Below are positions 1 to 8,653 of a stretch of 64,000 nucleotides of DNA, piece after piece (within the stretch, counting starts at the first letter, position 1; each line of letters begins with the position of its first letter). The DNA lies in sequence record MT161459.1; one strand, 5' to 3'. The translations under genes and the position numbers were made by a program. Under the pieces are notes generated by a model, which searched no databases, had not been told where the DNA came from, and saw nothing but the letters and a program-made list of their open reading frames with translations.

Positions 1-861
1 GTCCTCAGCCCTTTCTTTACAGATCGGGAGACCTTCCGGTTGGTGGAGCTGGAAGAGGTTGTTCGTCAACAAGCTGGGAATCCGATCATCGAAGTGGCTA
101 ACAAGATTCGTGTTGGTGGATGGTTTGAAACTAAGTGGGATCGCGAGAACAAGCGCGGTGTGCTGCAAGTCAGTGGTGCCAACAAGATGATCGAGGCTAT
201 CCTCAAGAAGGTGAAGTGTCCGGAAGATCTCCTGAACTACCGACTACTGGCTTATACCAACAACGTAGTGGATCGCATGAATGCTGTCGTTCGACGTCAC
301 GTGTACAACACGTCTGAACCGTTCGTGGATAACGAATACTTGGTCATGCAACAACCGGTGACTAAGGAAGAAGAGATCGATGGGACCATGTGCACTGTGG
401 TTGTACTGAATAACGGCGAGATCGTGAAGATCAAACCCGATTCCATTCAGCGTCGGACTATGACCATCAATCTGCCGTACGTCGATACGTTCGATGTTGA
501 AGTTGCAGATATGGTTGTCTTCGATAGTGAGGAACAGGAGAAGGATATTCTCGTCATTTGGGACAATGATAGTCAGATCCAATTGGATTCTGCATTGTCC
601 AGAGCTGCCGCGCAGTACAAATCGATGGGAGCTCGGAAGACTCGCGGCGTGAAGGGTCCATGGGACTACTTCTGGGAAGTAAAGGGTCAGTTCGCTGATA
701 CCAAATCTCTCGGGGCAAGCACGATCCACAAAAGTCAAGGGATCACACTGAAAGGATGTGGGATCTACACCGGCGATATGAATTTCGCTACATTTGAAAT
801 CCAAACGCAACTAGCGTACGTTGCCGTCACTCGTGCAACCGACTGGGTGCTTTACTGCTAA
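1..861 (+). CDS. dda: Dda-like SF1B DNA helicase, C-terminal part (5' end lies outside the window)
   Basis: Frame is open from base 1 (VLSPFFTDRETFRLVELEEVVRQ...NPII). Contains SF1B motifs LLAYTN, ASTIHKSQG and QLAYVAVTRA, matching T4 Dda. Confidence 0.9.
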   Translation, partial: VLSPFFTDRETFRLVELEEVVRQQAGNPIIEVANKIRVGGWFETKWDRENKRGVLQVSGANKMIEAILKKVKCPEDLLNYRLLAYTNNVVDRMNAVVRRHVYNTSEPFVDNEYLVMQQPVTKEEEIDGTMCTVVVLNNGEIVKIKPDSIQRRTMTINLPYVDTFDVEVADMVVFDSEEQEKDILVIWDNDSQIQLDSALSRAAAQYKSMGARKTRGVKGPWDYFWEVKGQFADTKSLGASTIHKSQGITLKGCGIYTGDMNFATFEIQTQLAYVAVTRATDWVLYC

Positions 862-893
862 TGATGGGCCTTCGGGCCCAATAAGGAACCGAA

Positions 894-1376
894 ATGTTGT
901 TAGACCAAATCAAACAAGACCAACTGACCCTCCGCAAAGGTGACCGTTCCGATCCGACCGTTCAGATGAAGATCAACGCCCTGACTACACTGATCGGCGA
1001 GGCATCTCCTGCGGGCAACCAAGTGGCTACGGACGAATCCGTCCAAGCTGTCGTTCGTAAGTTCGTGAAGAACTTGGACGAATCTCTGGCAGTCATGGTA
1101 CAGCGAACTAAGGATATCACGGAAACCAGTACCAATGCAGACGTAATGTCTATCCTGCAAGACGATATTCGCTACACTAACATGCTGATAGAACGCGCCA
1201 TGTACGCAAGCTATCTGCCGGCAGTCTTCGATGTTGCTGACATAAATAAAATCCTGGATACTATGCCAAGCATCATCATCGGAGCTGCTATGGGTGCCTG
1301 TAAGAAGGCTGCTTCTGCAAGTGGCAAAATGTTCGACGGTGCTCTGGTTCAAAAGGCAATCAAAGAGAGGGTTTAA
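894..1376 (+). CDS. GatB/YqeY-domain protein
   Basis: MLLDQIKQDQ...LTTLIGEA...VQAVVRKFVK...YLP...IGAAMG...FDGALV pattern is typical of the YqeY family. SD AAGGA upstream. Confidence 0.75.
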   Translation: MLLDQIKQDQLTLRKGDRSDPTVQMKINALTTLIGEASPAGNQVATDESVQAVVRKFVKNLDESLAVMVQRTKDITETSTNADVMSILQDDIRYTNMLIERAMYASYLPAVFDVADINKILDTMPSIIIGAAMGACKKAASASGKMFDGALVQKAIKERV

Positions 1377-1549
1377 TGGGAAAGCAATGTGTAGTGTGTA
1401 AGCAGCCAATCCTCGATCACGAGCGTTTCGATCTGACCGAGTCTGGAGCTGTCCACGAAGGTACCTGCAAGATGTATCTGAAAGAACATCGAGCCAAGCT
1501 GAACGAAGGGACCTCCAGTCAACATCTGGCTGATGTGGAACTCCTATGA
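1376..1549 (+). CDS. uvsY.-2: UvsY.-2-like small protein (57 aa, not in the ORF track)
   Basis: Manual translation MGKQCVVCKQPILDHERFDLTESGAVHEGTCKMYLKEH... The CVVCKQPI...VH.G.C motif and position directly before uvsY match T4 uvsY.-2. Confidence 0.8.
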   Translation: MGKQCVVCKQPILDHERFDLTESGAVHEGTCKMYLKEHRAKLNEGTSSQHLADVELL

Positions 1550-1953
1550 CTCTGGATGAACTGAAGTTAGAGTTCGAGAAAGACATGCCCATCGTCCTGA
1601 CGCAGCTTCAATCCGAAGCTGCTAATACGCCAGTGTTGTATGGGAAGTATTGTCGGTACGTCAGCGACTTCAATCGAGAGTTGACTCAGCGCAAGAACCA
1701 TCAGAAGACCGTCCTGCGAGATCGTCTGAACTACTACCTCGGTCGTGGCGATGACGTTTGTTTGGATGTCTATAGTTCCACCGAACTGCGAACTGTGCTG
1801 CCTGGGGATGAAGAAGTCATCAAAGCTAACACCGCAGTCGAGATCGTTGAAAATAAGATCGAGCTTTGTCGATCTGCTATGGAGGCCATCCGTCAACGCG
1901 GATTCTCTATCAGCAACGTTGTTAACTTGCGGAAGTTGGAAGCGGGAGAATAA
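1546..1953 (+). CDS. uvsY: Recombination mediator UvsY
   Basis: 135 aa with LQSEAANTPVLYGKY, YYLGR and AIRQRGFSISNVVNLRKLEAG. Synteny with uvsW. Confidence 0.92.
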   Translation: MTLDELKLEFEKDMPIVLTQLQSEAANTPVLYGKYCRYVSDFNRELTQRKNHQKTVLRDRLNYYLGRGDDVCLDVYSSTELRTVLPGDEEVIKANTAVEIVENKIELCRSAMEAIRQRGFSISNVVNLRKLEAGE

Positions 1954-1982
1954 AAAAGGCCACCCAATTTGGGTGGCCTTTT
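1954..1982. terminator. Bidirectional intrinsic terminator between convergent uvsY and uvsW.1
   Basis: AAAAGGCCACCCA-ATT-TGGGTGGCCTTTT. Confidence 0.85.
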
Positions 1983-1986
1983 GTTT

Positions 1987-2253
1987 TTAGAACTCCTCGG
2001 GTTCTGCAACGTCGTCAGATGATAGTTCCTTCTTGCGTCCTGCTAGCGCGTCGCGAATCTGGATGTCTTCTGCATCGGTGATCTCTACTTCCTTGACTCG
2101 CGCCTTGTAAAATTTCTCAAGCTCAGTCACGCCTTCTGGAGTCCTGCACGCTTCGATTTTGGCGAGGAAGCCATCGATGGCCACCCTCGCTTTTTGTTCA
2201 GCTGCTTTGACTTGGTCTTCTGCTTCTGTTAGATAAATGTCAAACGTTTTCAC
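1987..2253 (-). CDS. uvsW.1: UvsW.1 protein
   Basis: 88 aa with FLAKIEACRTPEGVTELEKFY..R.KEVEITDAEDIQIRDALAGRK. Lies immediately downstream of uvsW. Confidence 0.88.
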   Translation of the reverse strand: MKTFDIYLTEAEDQVKAAEQKARVAIDGFLAKIEACRTPEGVTELEKFYKARVKEVEITDAEDIQIRDALAGRKKELSSDDVAEPEEF

Positions 2254-3752
2254 AATGTTACCTCTGCTGTTTTGTACGTGAATTGTTCGGCGTTGTATCT
2301 GGCAATTCGCTCCAGTCCATGCTTGAATGCATAGTTCTGGTGGGTGTATCGCTTCTTGGCGTTAGCAGACTTTGGTTTAACGCAGAAGTCATCGATGATG
2401 TCCCACAGCTTAGCTTTGAGCTTGGACTGATGTTTACGCAATACGCGACCCAACGACTGTAATACGATGACCTTCGATTTTACCGGATGTGCAAAGATGA
2501 TGTGGTGCAGTTTCTTGATACTGATACCAGTCGAGAATACGCCGTAGGACGCAACGATGATAATGCCATCTTCGTTCTCAGCATCTCCCTTCAACTTCAC
2601 ACGATCGTCAGTTTTGGTCTCGCCAGACACATAGTGAACCTTATCTCCGTATTTAGCGACTAGCGCCTCGTACAGCATTTTGCCATGCTTGACGTTCTTG
2701 AACATGACCAACACGTTTTCGTTTTTGTCGCGAGCGAGCTTCAACGCTAGTTTGCAAATCCAAGCGTTTCGTTTGGTGTGCTTGGTAATTACCTTGATCT
2801 CTTCGGCGTACGCAACCCCTTTGTACAGGATGGTCTCTTCATCTGGATACCGTAGAAACACGCTATTAATTTCAAGCTCGGTGACCTGACCTTCATCCAT
2901 CAACGTCTTGGTTGATACTGGACGGAAAATATCACCAAACATGCCAATGTATTGCATGATGTTGGTGTTACCGTCTTTCAACGATCCGCTCATTCCAAAC
3001 TTGAAACGGCAATGACCAAGTCGCGTGACGATGTTGTTAATCTCTTTGCCGGTCGCCAAGTGACATTCATCAACGTTGACCAACCCAAATTGACTGAACC
3101 AGGCTGAGTCCATTTTGCAGGCACTCTGCCACGTGGATACGTATATCAACGCGTCTGAATTTTTTCTGGTCCCGCTCATGATCCCCAAGCACGCTGCACG
3201 AGGAATGATACGGTAGTCGGCGTAGTCGTCTATCATCTGTTGGACGAGGGCTGTAGTTGGAACAATGACTAGGATCTTGCCATCATAGTTTTCCATGTAC
3301 CAGCGGTTGATGAGCGCGCTTATCAAGCTCTTGCCAGCTGATGTTGGAAGGTTGAGGGTTCTGCGCTGGCTGTTGATAGCTGTGAACACGGAATCTGCTT
3401 GATACCAGTGAGGCTTGATCCGCTGATCGCCGGAGTAGATCTCCAGGTTATCCAGCCACTTGTCAAAATCTTCTCGAGAAATCTCGTTGCTCTTCTTGAA
3501 GTCTTCATCGATAGTAACTGTCAGGTCATTGTTCTGGCAATACCGAACGAGAGTATCAACCAGTCCGATAGGGAGAGTTCCTTCGTTGGATAGTAGACGG
3601 ATACGTCCGTCCCATGCTCCATAGCGAAACTTTGGATTGAATCTCGCGCCCTCAACTTCGAACGAGAAGTAGTTGCGGAGTTCCATGAGGGTTGAATTTT
3701 CAGCTTCGATCAATGCGTAGCTGTAGTCCCTGAATTTTATATTAACGTTCAT
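2250..3752 (-). CDS. uvsW: SF2 DNA helicase UvsW
   Basis: FNPKFRYGAWDG, PHWYQ, Walker A LPTSAGKS, DECH box, SYGVFSTGISIK, QSLGRVLR. Confidence 0.97.
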   Translation of the reverse strand: MNVNIKFRDYSYALIEAENSTLMELRNYFSFEVEGARFNPKFRYGAWDGRIRLLSNEGTLPIGLVDTLVRYCQNNDLTVTIDEDFKKSNEISREDFDKWLDNLEIYSGDQRIKPHWYQADSVFTAINSQRRTLNLPTSAGKSLISALINRWYMENYDGKILVIVPTTALVQQMIDDYADYRIIPRAACLGIMSGTRKNSDALIYVSTWQSACKMDSAWFSQFGLVNVDECHLATGKEINNIVTRLGHCRFKFGMSGSLKDGNTNIMQYIGMFGDIFRPVSTKTLMDEGQVTELEINSVFLRYPDEETILYKGVAYAEEIKVITKHTKRNAWICKLALKLARDKNENVLVMFKNVKHGKMLYEALVAKYGDKVHYVSGETKTDDRVKLKGDAENEDGIIIVASYGVFSTGISIKKLHHIIFAHPVKSKVIVLQSLGRVLRKHQSKLKAKLWDIIDDFCVKPKSANAKKRYTHQNYAFKHGLERIARYNAEQFTYKTAEVTL

Positions 3753-3777
3753 TGAAAGTTTTCCAGTTTGAAAATGA

Positions 3778-3784
3778 TATTTAT
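3778..3784 (-). promoter_or_regulatory. T4-type late promoter (CATAAATA) for uvsW
   Basis: ATAAATA on the minus strand about 25 nt upstream of the uvsW start. Confidence 0.65.
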
Positions 3785-3833
3785 GTTGATGTAGCGTAGA
3801 TCATTCCCTATTATACCCTAGGATTTACATGTA

Positions 3834-3840
3834 GTAAATA
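3834..3840 (+). promoter_or_regulatory. Probable late promoter (GTAAATA) for the 3888 ORF
   Basis: NTAAATA core, divergent from the uvsW promoter. Confidence 0.5.
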
Positions 3841-3887
3841 CCACATAGGGTTCAATAATGTTCCCTATGAAATAGAGGAAGTGTTTA

Positions 3888-4271
3888 GTGTCGATACGCG
3901 AAAATGTCGTAGCGATCTTAACCATCTTTGTGTCAATGTGGGGAAGTGTATTTGCATACAACACGTTTATTGGAGATCAAAAATCCTATGAGTTGAAGCA
4001 AGAAATCACTGGACATTTTGACGAAAGTATGGGAAAGTTACGCGAAGATATCAATAAGCTACCCACTAACACCGACGTTGAAAACTCGCAGCTCAAGTCT
4101 ATGCTGTACGCGAAGGACTTACTCGATGAGAAGAAAGCTGATGAAGTTCGTAGACTAAACCAGCTGGAACTCCAGCTAGAACAATTGTCAAGAAAACTTG
4201 ACGTGCAACAACAACGATCGGGTGAGGTGGTGCCGGAAAAGGATACCTGGCAAACTAGGGCTACGCAATAA
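3888..4271 (+). CDS. Hypothetical membrane-anchored coiled-coil protein
   Basis: N-terminal hydrophobic helix (VVAILTIFVSMWGSVFAY) followed by a heptad-rich region. SD GAGGA with GTG start. Confidence 0.7.
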   Translation: MSIRENVVAILTIFVSMWGSVFAYNTFIGDQKSYELKQEITGHFDESMGKLREDINKLPTNTDVENSQLKSMLYAKDLLDEKKADEVRRLNQLELQLEQLSRKLDVQQQRSGEVVPEKDTWQTRATQ

Positions 4272-4368
4272 AGAAGAGCCCAGTAATACGGATCGAGAGG
4301 GTCGATACGCGCAACATATTAGATGTTGGTCGTCCCTCATTTCATAACTATGCACGAGGATAAACTCA

Positions 4369-4650
4369 ATGGACTTACGAACTGTATGTTTGATAGTCGC
4401 AATAATTGTGCTGCTTGTATATCTCATCGTCGATCGAGAAAAAGAAGACCCAGACGACAATGAAGCGCTGGTACAGGCAGCTAGGTTGAAACACAAGTAC
4501 CGAGAAGCAATCTCGCCGTTGATCCTGAATGGTATGAGGCGAGACAAAAAGATCAAGGGCCGCAGTATGATGAGGACCGAAGTGTGTCCAATATATGCAG
4601 CACCTTGTACCAACCACACGACCAAAAGTAGGAAGAAGAAACGCAAATGA
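4369..4650 (+). CDS. Hypothetical membrane protein
   Basis: N-terminal TM segment, basic C-terminus, SD GAGG, ATGA overlap with rnlB. Confidence 0.65.
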   Translation: MDLRTVCLIVAIIVLLVYLIVDREKEDPDDNEALVQAARLKHKYREAISPLILNGMRRDKKIKGRSMMRTEVCPIYAAPCTNHTTKSRKKKRK

Positions 4651-5636
4651 TCTTCAAAAGCTATCCTGAAATGGAAAACCACAGCAAGAGTCGCATCATC
4701 AACGCAGTGATCGAGCAAGGCCACGGTGCAGCAGATGTAGTTTGGTGCGCGCGCGAAAAGATTCACGGTACCAACTTCTCGCTCTGGTACAACGGCGTAG
4801 ATGACGTCCGAGCTGCAAGACGCACTGACTTCCTGGAGTTCGCTGACAAGTTCTACGACTTCACCAACATCGAACGTCGATACCAGTTGTGCGTCCAAGC
4901 TCTGTATCTGCGGTTGGGCCTGACTACTGAGGTGATGGCGGTGTACGGCGAGTATGCTGGGATTATGTCGAGTGGGAAGTGGATCCAAACCGGTATCGAA
5001 TATGGCCCTCAAGACTTCTACGCGTTCGACGTCATGGTAGATGGAGTTCCCATCGATGATGATGTCATGGAGTCTGCTTGCCTGGATTGTGGCATGAAGA
5101 CAGCTCCGCTGCTGAAAGTTGGGACCTTCAAAGAAGTGATGGGAGTTCCGAATGATCTGCAGTCCGTGGTCATGACCAAGAACGAAACTGGCACTTTCGA
5201 GATCGTCAAGGGCACCGACAACATCGCCGAAGGTTACGTTGCTAAGCCGCGCGTAGGTCGCCGGTTCTGGAACGGAGCTCGGGTAGCGATCAAGTGCAAG
5301 AACGAGAAGTGGTCCGAGACTGCTAAGGGCAAGGGCGTCAAGATTGAGGTCAAAGACATCTCCGATAAAGATGCGTCCATTCTGGCTATGCTGGGCGACT
5401 ACATCACCGAGAATCGTTTGAAGAACGTGCTCTCCAAGATCGGCGTACCGGAGACCAAGGAGTTCGGCAAGGTCATGGGCATGCTGTCCCAAGACATCAT
5501 CAAAGACTATGAGTCCGACACCGAGACTTTGGTCAAAGATGCTGACGAGCCAAGTCGAGTATGTCGGATGATGAATACTGCAGTGGGTAACTTCATTCGT
5601 CCTCTGTGGGTTGACATCTGCGACGGTGCATGGTAA
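4647..5636 (+). CDS. rnlB: RNA ligase 2
   Basis: Motif I REKIHGTNFS, YGEYAG, FYAFDV, motif IV EGYV, motif V AIKCKNEKWSE, and a C-terminal domain with NVLSKIG. Confidence 0.95.
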   Translation: MIFKSYPEMENHSKSRIINAVIEQGHGAADVVWCAREKIHGTNFSLWYNGVDDVRAARRTDFLEFADKFYDFTNIERRYQLCVQALYLRLGLTTEVMAVYGEYAGIMSSGKWIQTGIEYGPQDFYAFDVMVDGVPIDDDVMESACLDCGMKTAPLLKVGTFKEVMGVPNDLQSVVMTKNETGTFEIVKGTDNIAEGYVAKPRVGRRFWNGARVAIKCKNEKWSETAKGKGVKIEVKDISDKDASILAMLGDYITENRLKNVLSKIGVPETKEFGKVMGMLSQDIIKDYESDTETLVKDADEPSRVCRMMNTAVGNFIRPLWVDICDGAW

Positions 5637-5643
5637 GTAATCG

Positions 5644-5672
5644 GGAGGACTTCGGTCCTCCTTAATTTTTTT
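5644..5672 (+). terminator. Intrinsic terminator after rnlB
   Basis: GGAGGAC-TTCG-GTCCTCC followed by a T-rich run. Confidence 0.85.
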
Positions 5673-5677
5673 TGCCT

Positions 5678-5706
5678 GTTGTCTTATCACTTCAATTGAG
5701 TATAAT
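5678..5706 (+). promoter_or_regulatory. Sigma70-like early promoter
   Basis: GTTGTCT-N16-TATAAT. The same spacing and -35 word recur at 8578-8606. Confidence 0.65.
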
Positions 5707-5736
5707 CCGCCATACAACATTCATAGGAGTTATGTA

Positions 5737-5994
5737 ATGATTACTGCCGATAGCGCATTCGCGCAAACTGAAGCAAACTTCAAGAATCAAATGGATCACG
5801 AGCTGGGCAAGATCGAATCCCTGATCACCAAAGCCATCGCAGAACGTAAATACACTGCCACTGCATACAACGTTCCGCGCGACATGCTCAAATCCATTCA
5901 GGTTGAGCTGGAATCCAAAGGGTTCCGAGCTTCCATCAAGAAAGCTCTTCATCAGATGGACACCGACACCATCGAAATCCACTGGGGGATCTGA
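5737..5994 (+). CDS. Hypothetical protein, paralogue 1 of 3
   Basis: SD AGGAG. Shares an N-terminal MITA helix and a C-terminal L..xG(F/Y)...I.W pattern with the next two ORFs. Confidence 0.8.
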   Translation: MITADSAFAQTEANFKNQMDHELGKIESLITKAIAERKYTATAYNVPRDMLKSIQVELESKGFRASIKKALHQMDTDTIEIHWGI

Positions 5995-5996
5995 TC

Positions 5997-6257
5997 ATGT
6001 TTGCAGCTAAAGATGCAGCAGCTCTGATGGCTGAAGCCGTAGAGCGCAAGAAAACTCCGGAAGCAAATCGTATGCTGGTTGCCGTTCAACGCGCCGCGAA
6101 TGATGGAGGAGACTGCGCAACGTATCAAACTGATGTGGAATTTCCGATCATCCGCGCTGCAATGGAAATCCTCATAGGTCTCGGGTACACCGCTACAGCT
6201 GATCGTCGTCCAGAATCTACCGTATACGATGTCAAAATTGCATGGAGACACATCTAA
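5997..6257 (+). CDS. Hypothetical protein, paralogue 2 of 3
   Basis: MFAAKDAAA...AANDG...LIGLGYTA...VKIAW. Confidence 0.8.
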   Translation: MFAAKDAAALMAEAVERKKTPEANRMLVAVQRAANDGGDCATYQTDVEFPIIRAAMEILIGLGYTATADRRPESTVYDVKIAWRHI

Positions 6258-6547
6258 TGATCACAGCTAAAGAAGCAGCTGCCCAGTCCCGCGATGCTAA
6301 CCACGGTGACCTGAAAGTTCTCACCGATTCTATTGACCGTTACATCAATACCGCATCCAAGAGTGGCAAGCGGAGCGTCTCCGTACAAACGTCAGTGGAT
6401 CGCGATGTGATTGACGCAGCTGTCCGGATTGTCGAACAGGCTGGTTACGTAGTGACGGTGCATGCCAACAACTACCCGTCTAGCCGAATGGTACCAGGCG
6501 AAGCGTTTGGTCACAAATATTCAATCAATGTGGTGTGGGGATTATAG
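6257..6547 (+). CDS. Hypothetical protein, paralogue 3 of 3
   Basis: MITAKEAAA...ASKSG...VEQAGYVV...INVVW. Start moved to the TAATG-coupled ATG at 6257. Confidence 0.8.
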   Translation: MITAKEAAAQSRDANHGDLKVLTDSIDRYINTASKSGKRSVSVQTSVDRDVIDAAVRIVEQAGYVVTVHANNYPSSRMVPGEAFGHKYSINVVWGL

Positions 6548-6774
6548 TGAACATTCTCGATCGTGTACATCAACAATGTACCGGCGATAGCGGTATGGTG
6601 ACGACCATCGTCACCTACTTGTCGGTGTGTCTTGGATATTGGATCCGATCTGGCAATCTTCCAGGATCTACATTCTGCTGGACTGCAATGGTAGCGACAG
6701 CAGGATCGTGCCTTCTGATAGGCAACGCATCAAAGTTTATTTCCAACAAATTACAACAACGGAAGACAAAATGA
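6535..6774 (+). CDS. Small hypothetical membrane protein (start uncertain; GTG at 6547 possible)
   Basis: Two hydrophobic segments. Fills the gap in the operon. Confidence 0.5.
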   Translation: MGIIVNILDRVHQQCTGDSGMVTTIVTYLSVCLGYWIRSGNLPGSTFCWTAMVATAGSCLLIGNASKFISNKLQQRKTK

Positions 6775-7151
6775 ATAATCCAGTGACAGCTGATCCGTAC
6801 AAAGAATCAAACATTAACAACAACTGGGAACACCATCGCCCAGGCAATATATGCATCTACATGGGTGATGGCGGCGAGCGTTGGTACGTCATTCGCGAAC
6901 GTCAGGAGACGGATGGCGATCCCAGAGGATACTACAAGGGCAAACAAGTGATGGTCGGTCTGCAGTTGGTATGTGGCGACGATCGCACGATCAACAACAA
7001 CGGCTCTCGCAAGCGTATTATTCAAAAGCACGCAAATGCTGTGAAAGTGGTGGATCGCGAAATGTACATGCAGTACATCGCTCAGAGACTCGAGCACATC
7101 TACGCTTGTGCAGAAGAGCGTATGGAACAACCATTCAACACATCATTCTAA
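6771..7151 (+). CDS. Hypothetical protein
   Basis: ATG at 6771 overlaps the previous stop and is preceded by GGAAG. Confidence 0.65.
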   Translation: MNNPVTADPYKESNINNNWEHHRPGNICIYMGDGGERWYVIRERQETDGDPRGYYKGKQVMVGLQLVCGDDRTINNNGSRKRIIQKHANAVKVVDREMYMQYIAQRLEHIYACAEERMEQPFNTSF

Positions 7152-7159
7152 GAGGCCAT

Positions 7160-7867
7160 ATGACAGACATCGACTTTGAAAGAGTATTCGAGATGCGGGA
7201 TAATCTCCCAGCAGCCGAAGCCAAGATTGCAATCCAATCATACGCCAAAAGCATTGGTATCAAGATTCCAAAGACTGGGATTGGTGTAAAGGGCATGATC
7301 GAGATGCTGATGGACAAAGCTGATCGAGATGCTAATGGATCATTCGAACCGGCAGCCAATTCCAGTCCGCCTGATGTAGACACAAACCGAGTTGTGATCT
7401 CGGATCCGGAACTGACTGAAGTCCTCCAGAATCAATACGAGGTATTGAGCGAACTGCCAGGCGGCCAATACACAGATCCTGGAGCGATTCTATCTCACGC
7501 ATCCGACAAGCGTATGATGGTCGTTGGCGAGCCTATCAGCGAGACTGGATTCACTCCGGATCAGGAAGAGAAGTTACAAGCGGCCATTACTCGTATCAAC
7601 GAGATCGAAGAGGGTGCGTTCGTTCTGCCGGAGAACTACGAACCTCGTAACGATCTGATCGGGCGTGCTCCTGACGCATATTTGAATCTGCCATACTGGA
7701 TCCTCGATTGGATCATCAGCGCTGGCCGAGATTGGAAGTGCAAGGTCAAGGAGTACGATGATGCGAGCGAAATCGTATATCTATACGACTTGCTGTACTA
7801 CATCCGTCTGAACGGTAAGGTCATCGTTCGCGAGACTCGCAACAGCCACTACCACCATTTGTCGTGA
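7160..7867 (+). CDS. inh: Inh, inhibitor of prohead protease / minor head protein
   Basis: AKIAIQSYAKSIGIKI, LPENYEP, LPYWILDWI and YYIRLNGKVIVRETRNS match T4 Inh as recalled. Start at SD GAGG + ATG 7160. Confidence 0.88.
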   Translation: MTDIDFERVFEMRDNLPAAEAKIAIQSYAKSIGIKIPKTGIGVKGMIEMLMDKADRDANGSFEPAANSSPPDVDTNRVVISDPELTEVLQNQYEVLSELPGGQYTDPGAILSHASDKRMMVVGEPISETGFTPDQEEKLQAAITRINEIEEGAFVLPENYEPRNDLIGRAPDAYLNLPYWILDWIISAGRDWKCKVKEYDDASEIVYLYDLLYYIRLNGKVIVRETRNSHYHHLS

Positions 7868-7874
7868 CTAAATA
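7868..7874 (+). promoter_or_regulatory. Late promoter CTAAATA
   Basis: Directly after the inh stop and upstream of the second Inh-like gene. Confidence 0.7.
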
Positions 7875-7920
7875 AAGCAACAGCCCCACAATCGTGGGGC
7901 TTCACCCTATGGAGATAAAA

Positions 7921-8550
7921 ATGATCGACCAAAGTAAGATCGACCAATTCCGTGCAATGGAGCAGTCGGAAGGCAAAGCAGCACTTCAAGCGTATGGCAA
8001 AGAACTGGGAGTTTCCCTGAAACAAAGCTGGACTTTTGATAAAATGGTAGCTGCTCTAGAGGCTGCTGTCAAACCGTCTGAGCCTGTTGTAGAGACTAAG
8101 CTGCCCGATGATACCACTCCAGTACCGGAGGTTGTAGATCCGGTTGTAGAGCAGATTCCACCGACAGATCTAGATGTCAGCTCTATCATCCCAAAAGAAC
8201 TGCCGTCCCCTCCGAAAGAGGAAATTGGTCCAGAACCGGAGCACATCCTCGAGCACATGTCATTTGATATGGTAGGTGAACAATTCCCATGGGCTTGGAA
8301 CATGCGCAACATCCAGGACAAATACTGGTATGGGCAAGTTAATTCCGGAATTGACGACACGTTCGTTAGCAAGATTGATGAGCTGGGAGCTGAATGGACC
8401 AAGGCCGAGACCGATGACGCATTCACAGAGTATTTGTCTAAGGTTATCCGATATAGTGGGATGATGATCATCCTGCGAGATCTGCGCACCGATAACTTCT
8501 ATCAGATCAGCGAATCTGGTTACCGTTTCGGACGAGACTTCCGCCTTTAA
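7921..8550 (+). CDS. Second Inh-like protein (paralogue)
   Basis: MIDQSKIDQFRAMEQSEGKAALQAYGKELGVSLKQSWTFDKMV and C-terminal LRDLRTDNF parallel Inh. SD GGAGA. Confidence 0.75.
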   Translation: MIDQSKIDQFRAMEQSEGKAALQAYGKELGVSLKQSWTFDKMVAALEAAVKPSEPVVETKLPDDTTPVPEVVDPVVEQIPPTDLDVSSIIPKELPSPPKEEIGPEPEHILEHMSFDMVGEQFPWAWNMRNIQDKYWYGQVNSGIDDTFVSKIDELGAEWTKAETDDAFTEYLSKVIRYSGMMIILRDLRTDNFYQISESGYRFGRDFRL

Positions 8551-8555
8551 TACTA

Positions 8556-8577
8556 AACCTCCTTCGGGAGGTTTTTT
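8556..8577 (+). terminator. Intrinsic terminator
   Basis: AACCTCC-TTCG-GGAGGTT followed by a T run. Confidence 0.85.
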
Positions 8578-8606
8578 GTTGTCTCGAATTTCAGTTCGTG
8601 TATACT
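8578..8606 (+). promoter_or_regulatory. Sigma70-like early promoter
   Basis: GTTGTCT-N16-TATACT, same layout as 5678-5706. Confidence 0.65.
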
Positions 8607-8653
8607 TCCCTTCATCGGAGCGATGTAGCTCAACTTCAAACGAGGATTAGACG

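Noticed and set aside
4188-5720. 510-aa minus-strand ORF
   Set aside because: Antisense shadow of rnlB and its neighbours.
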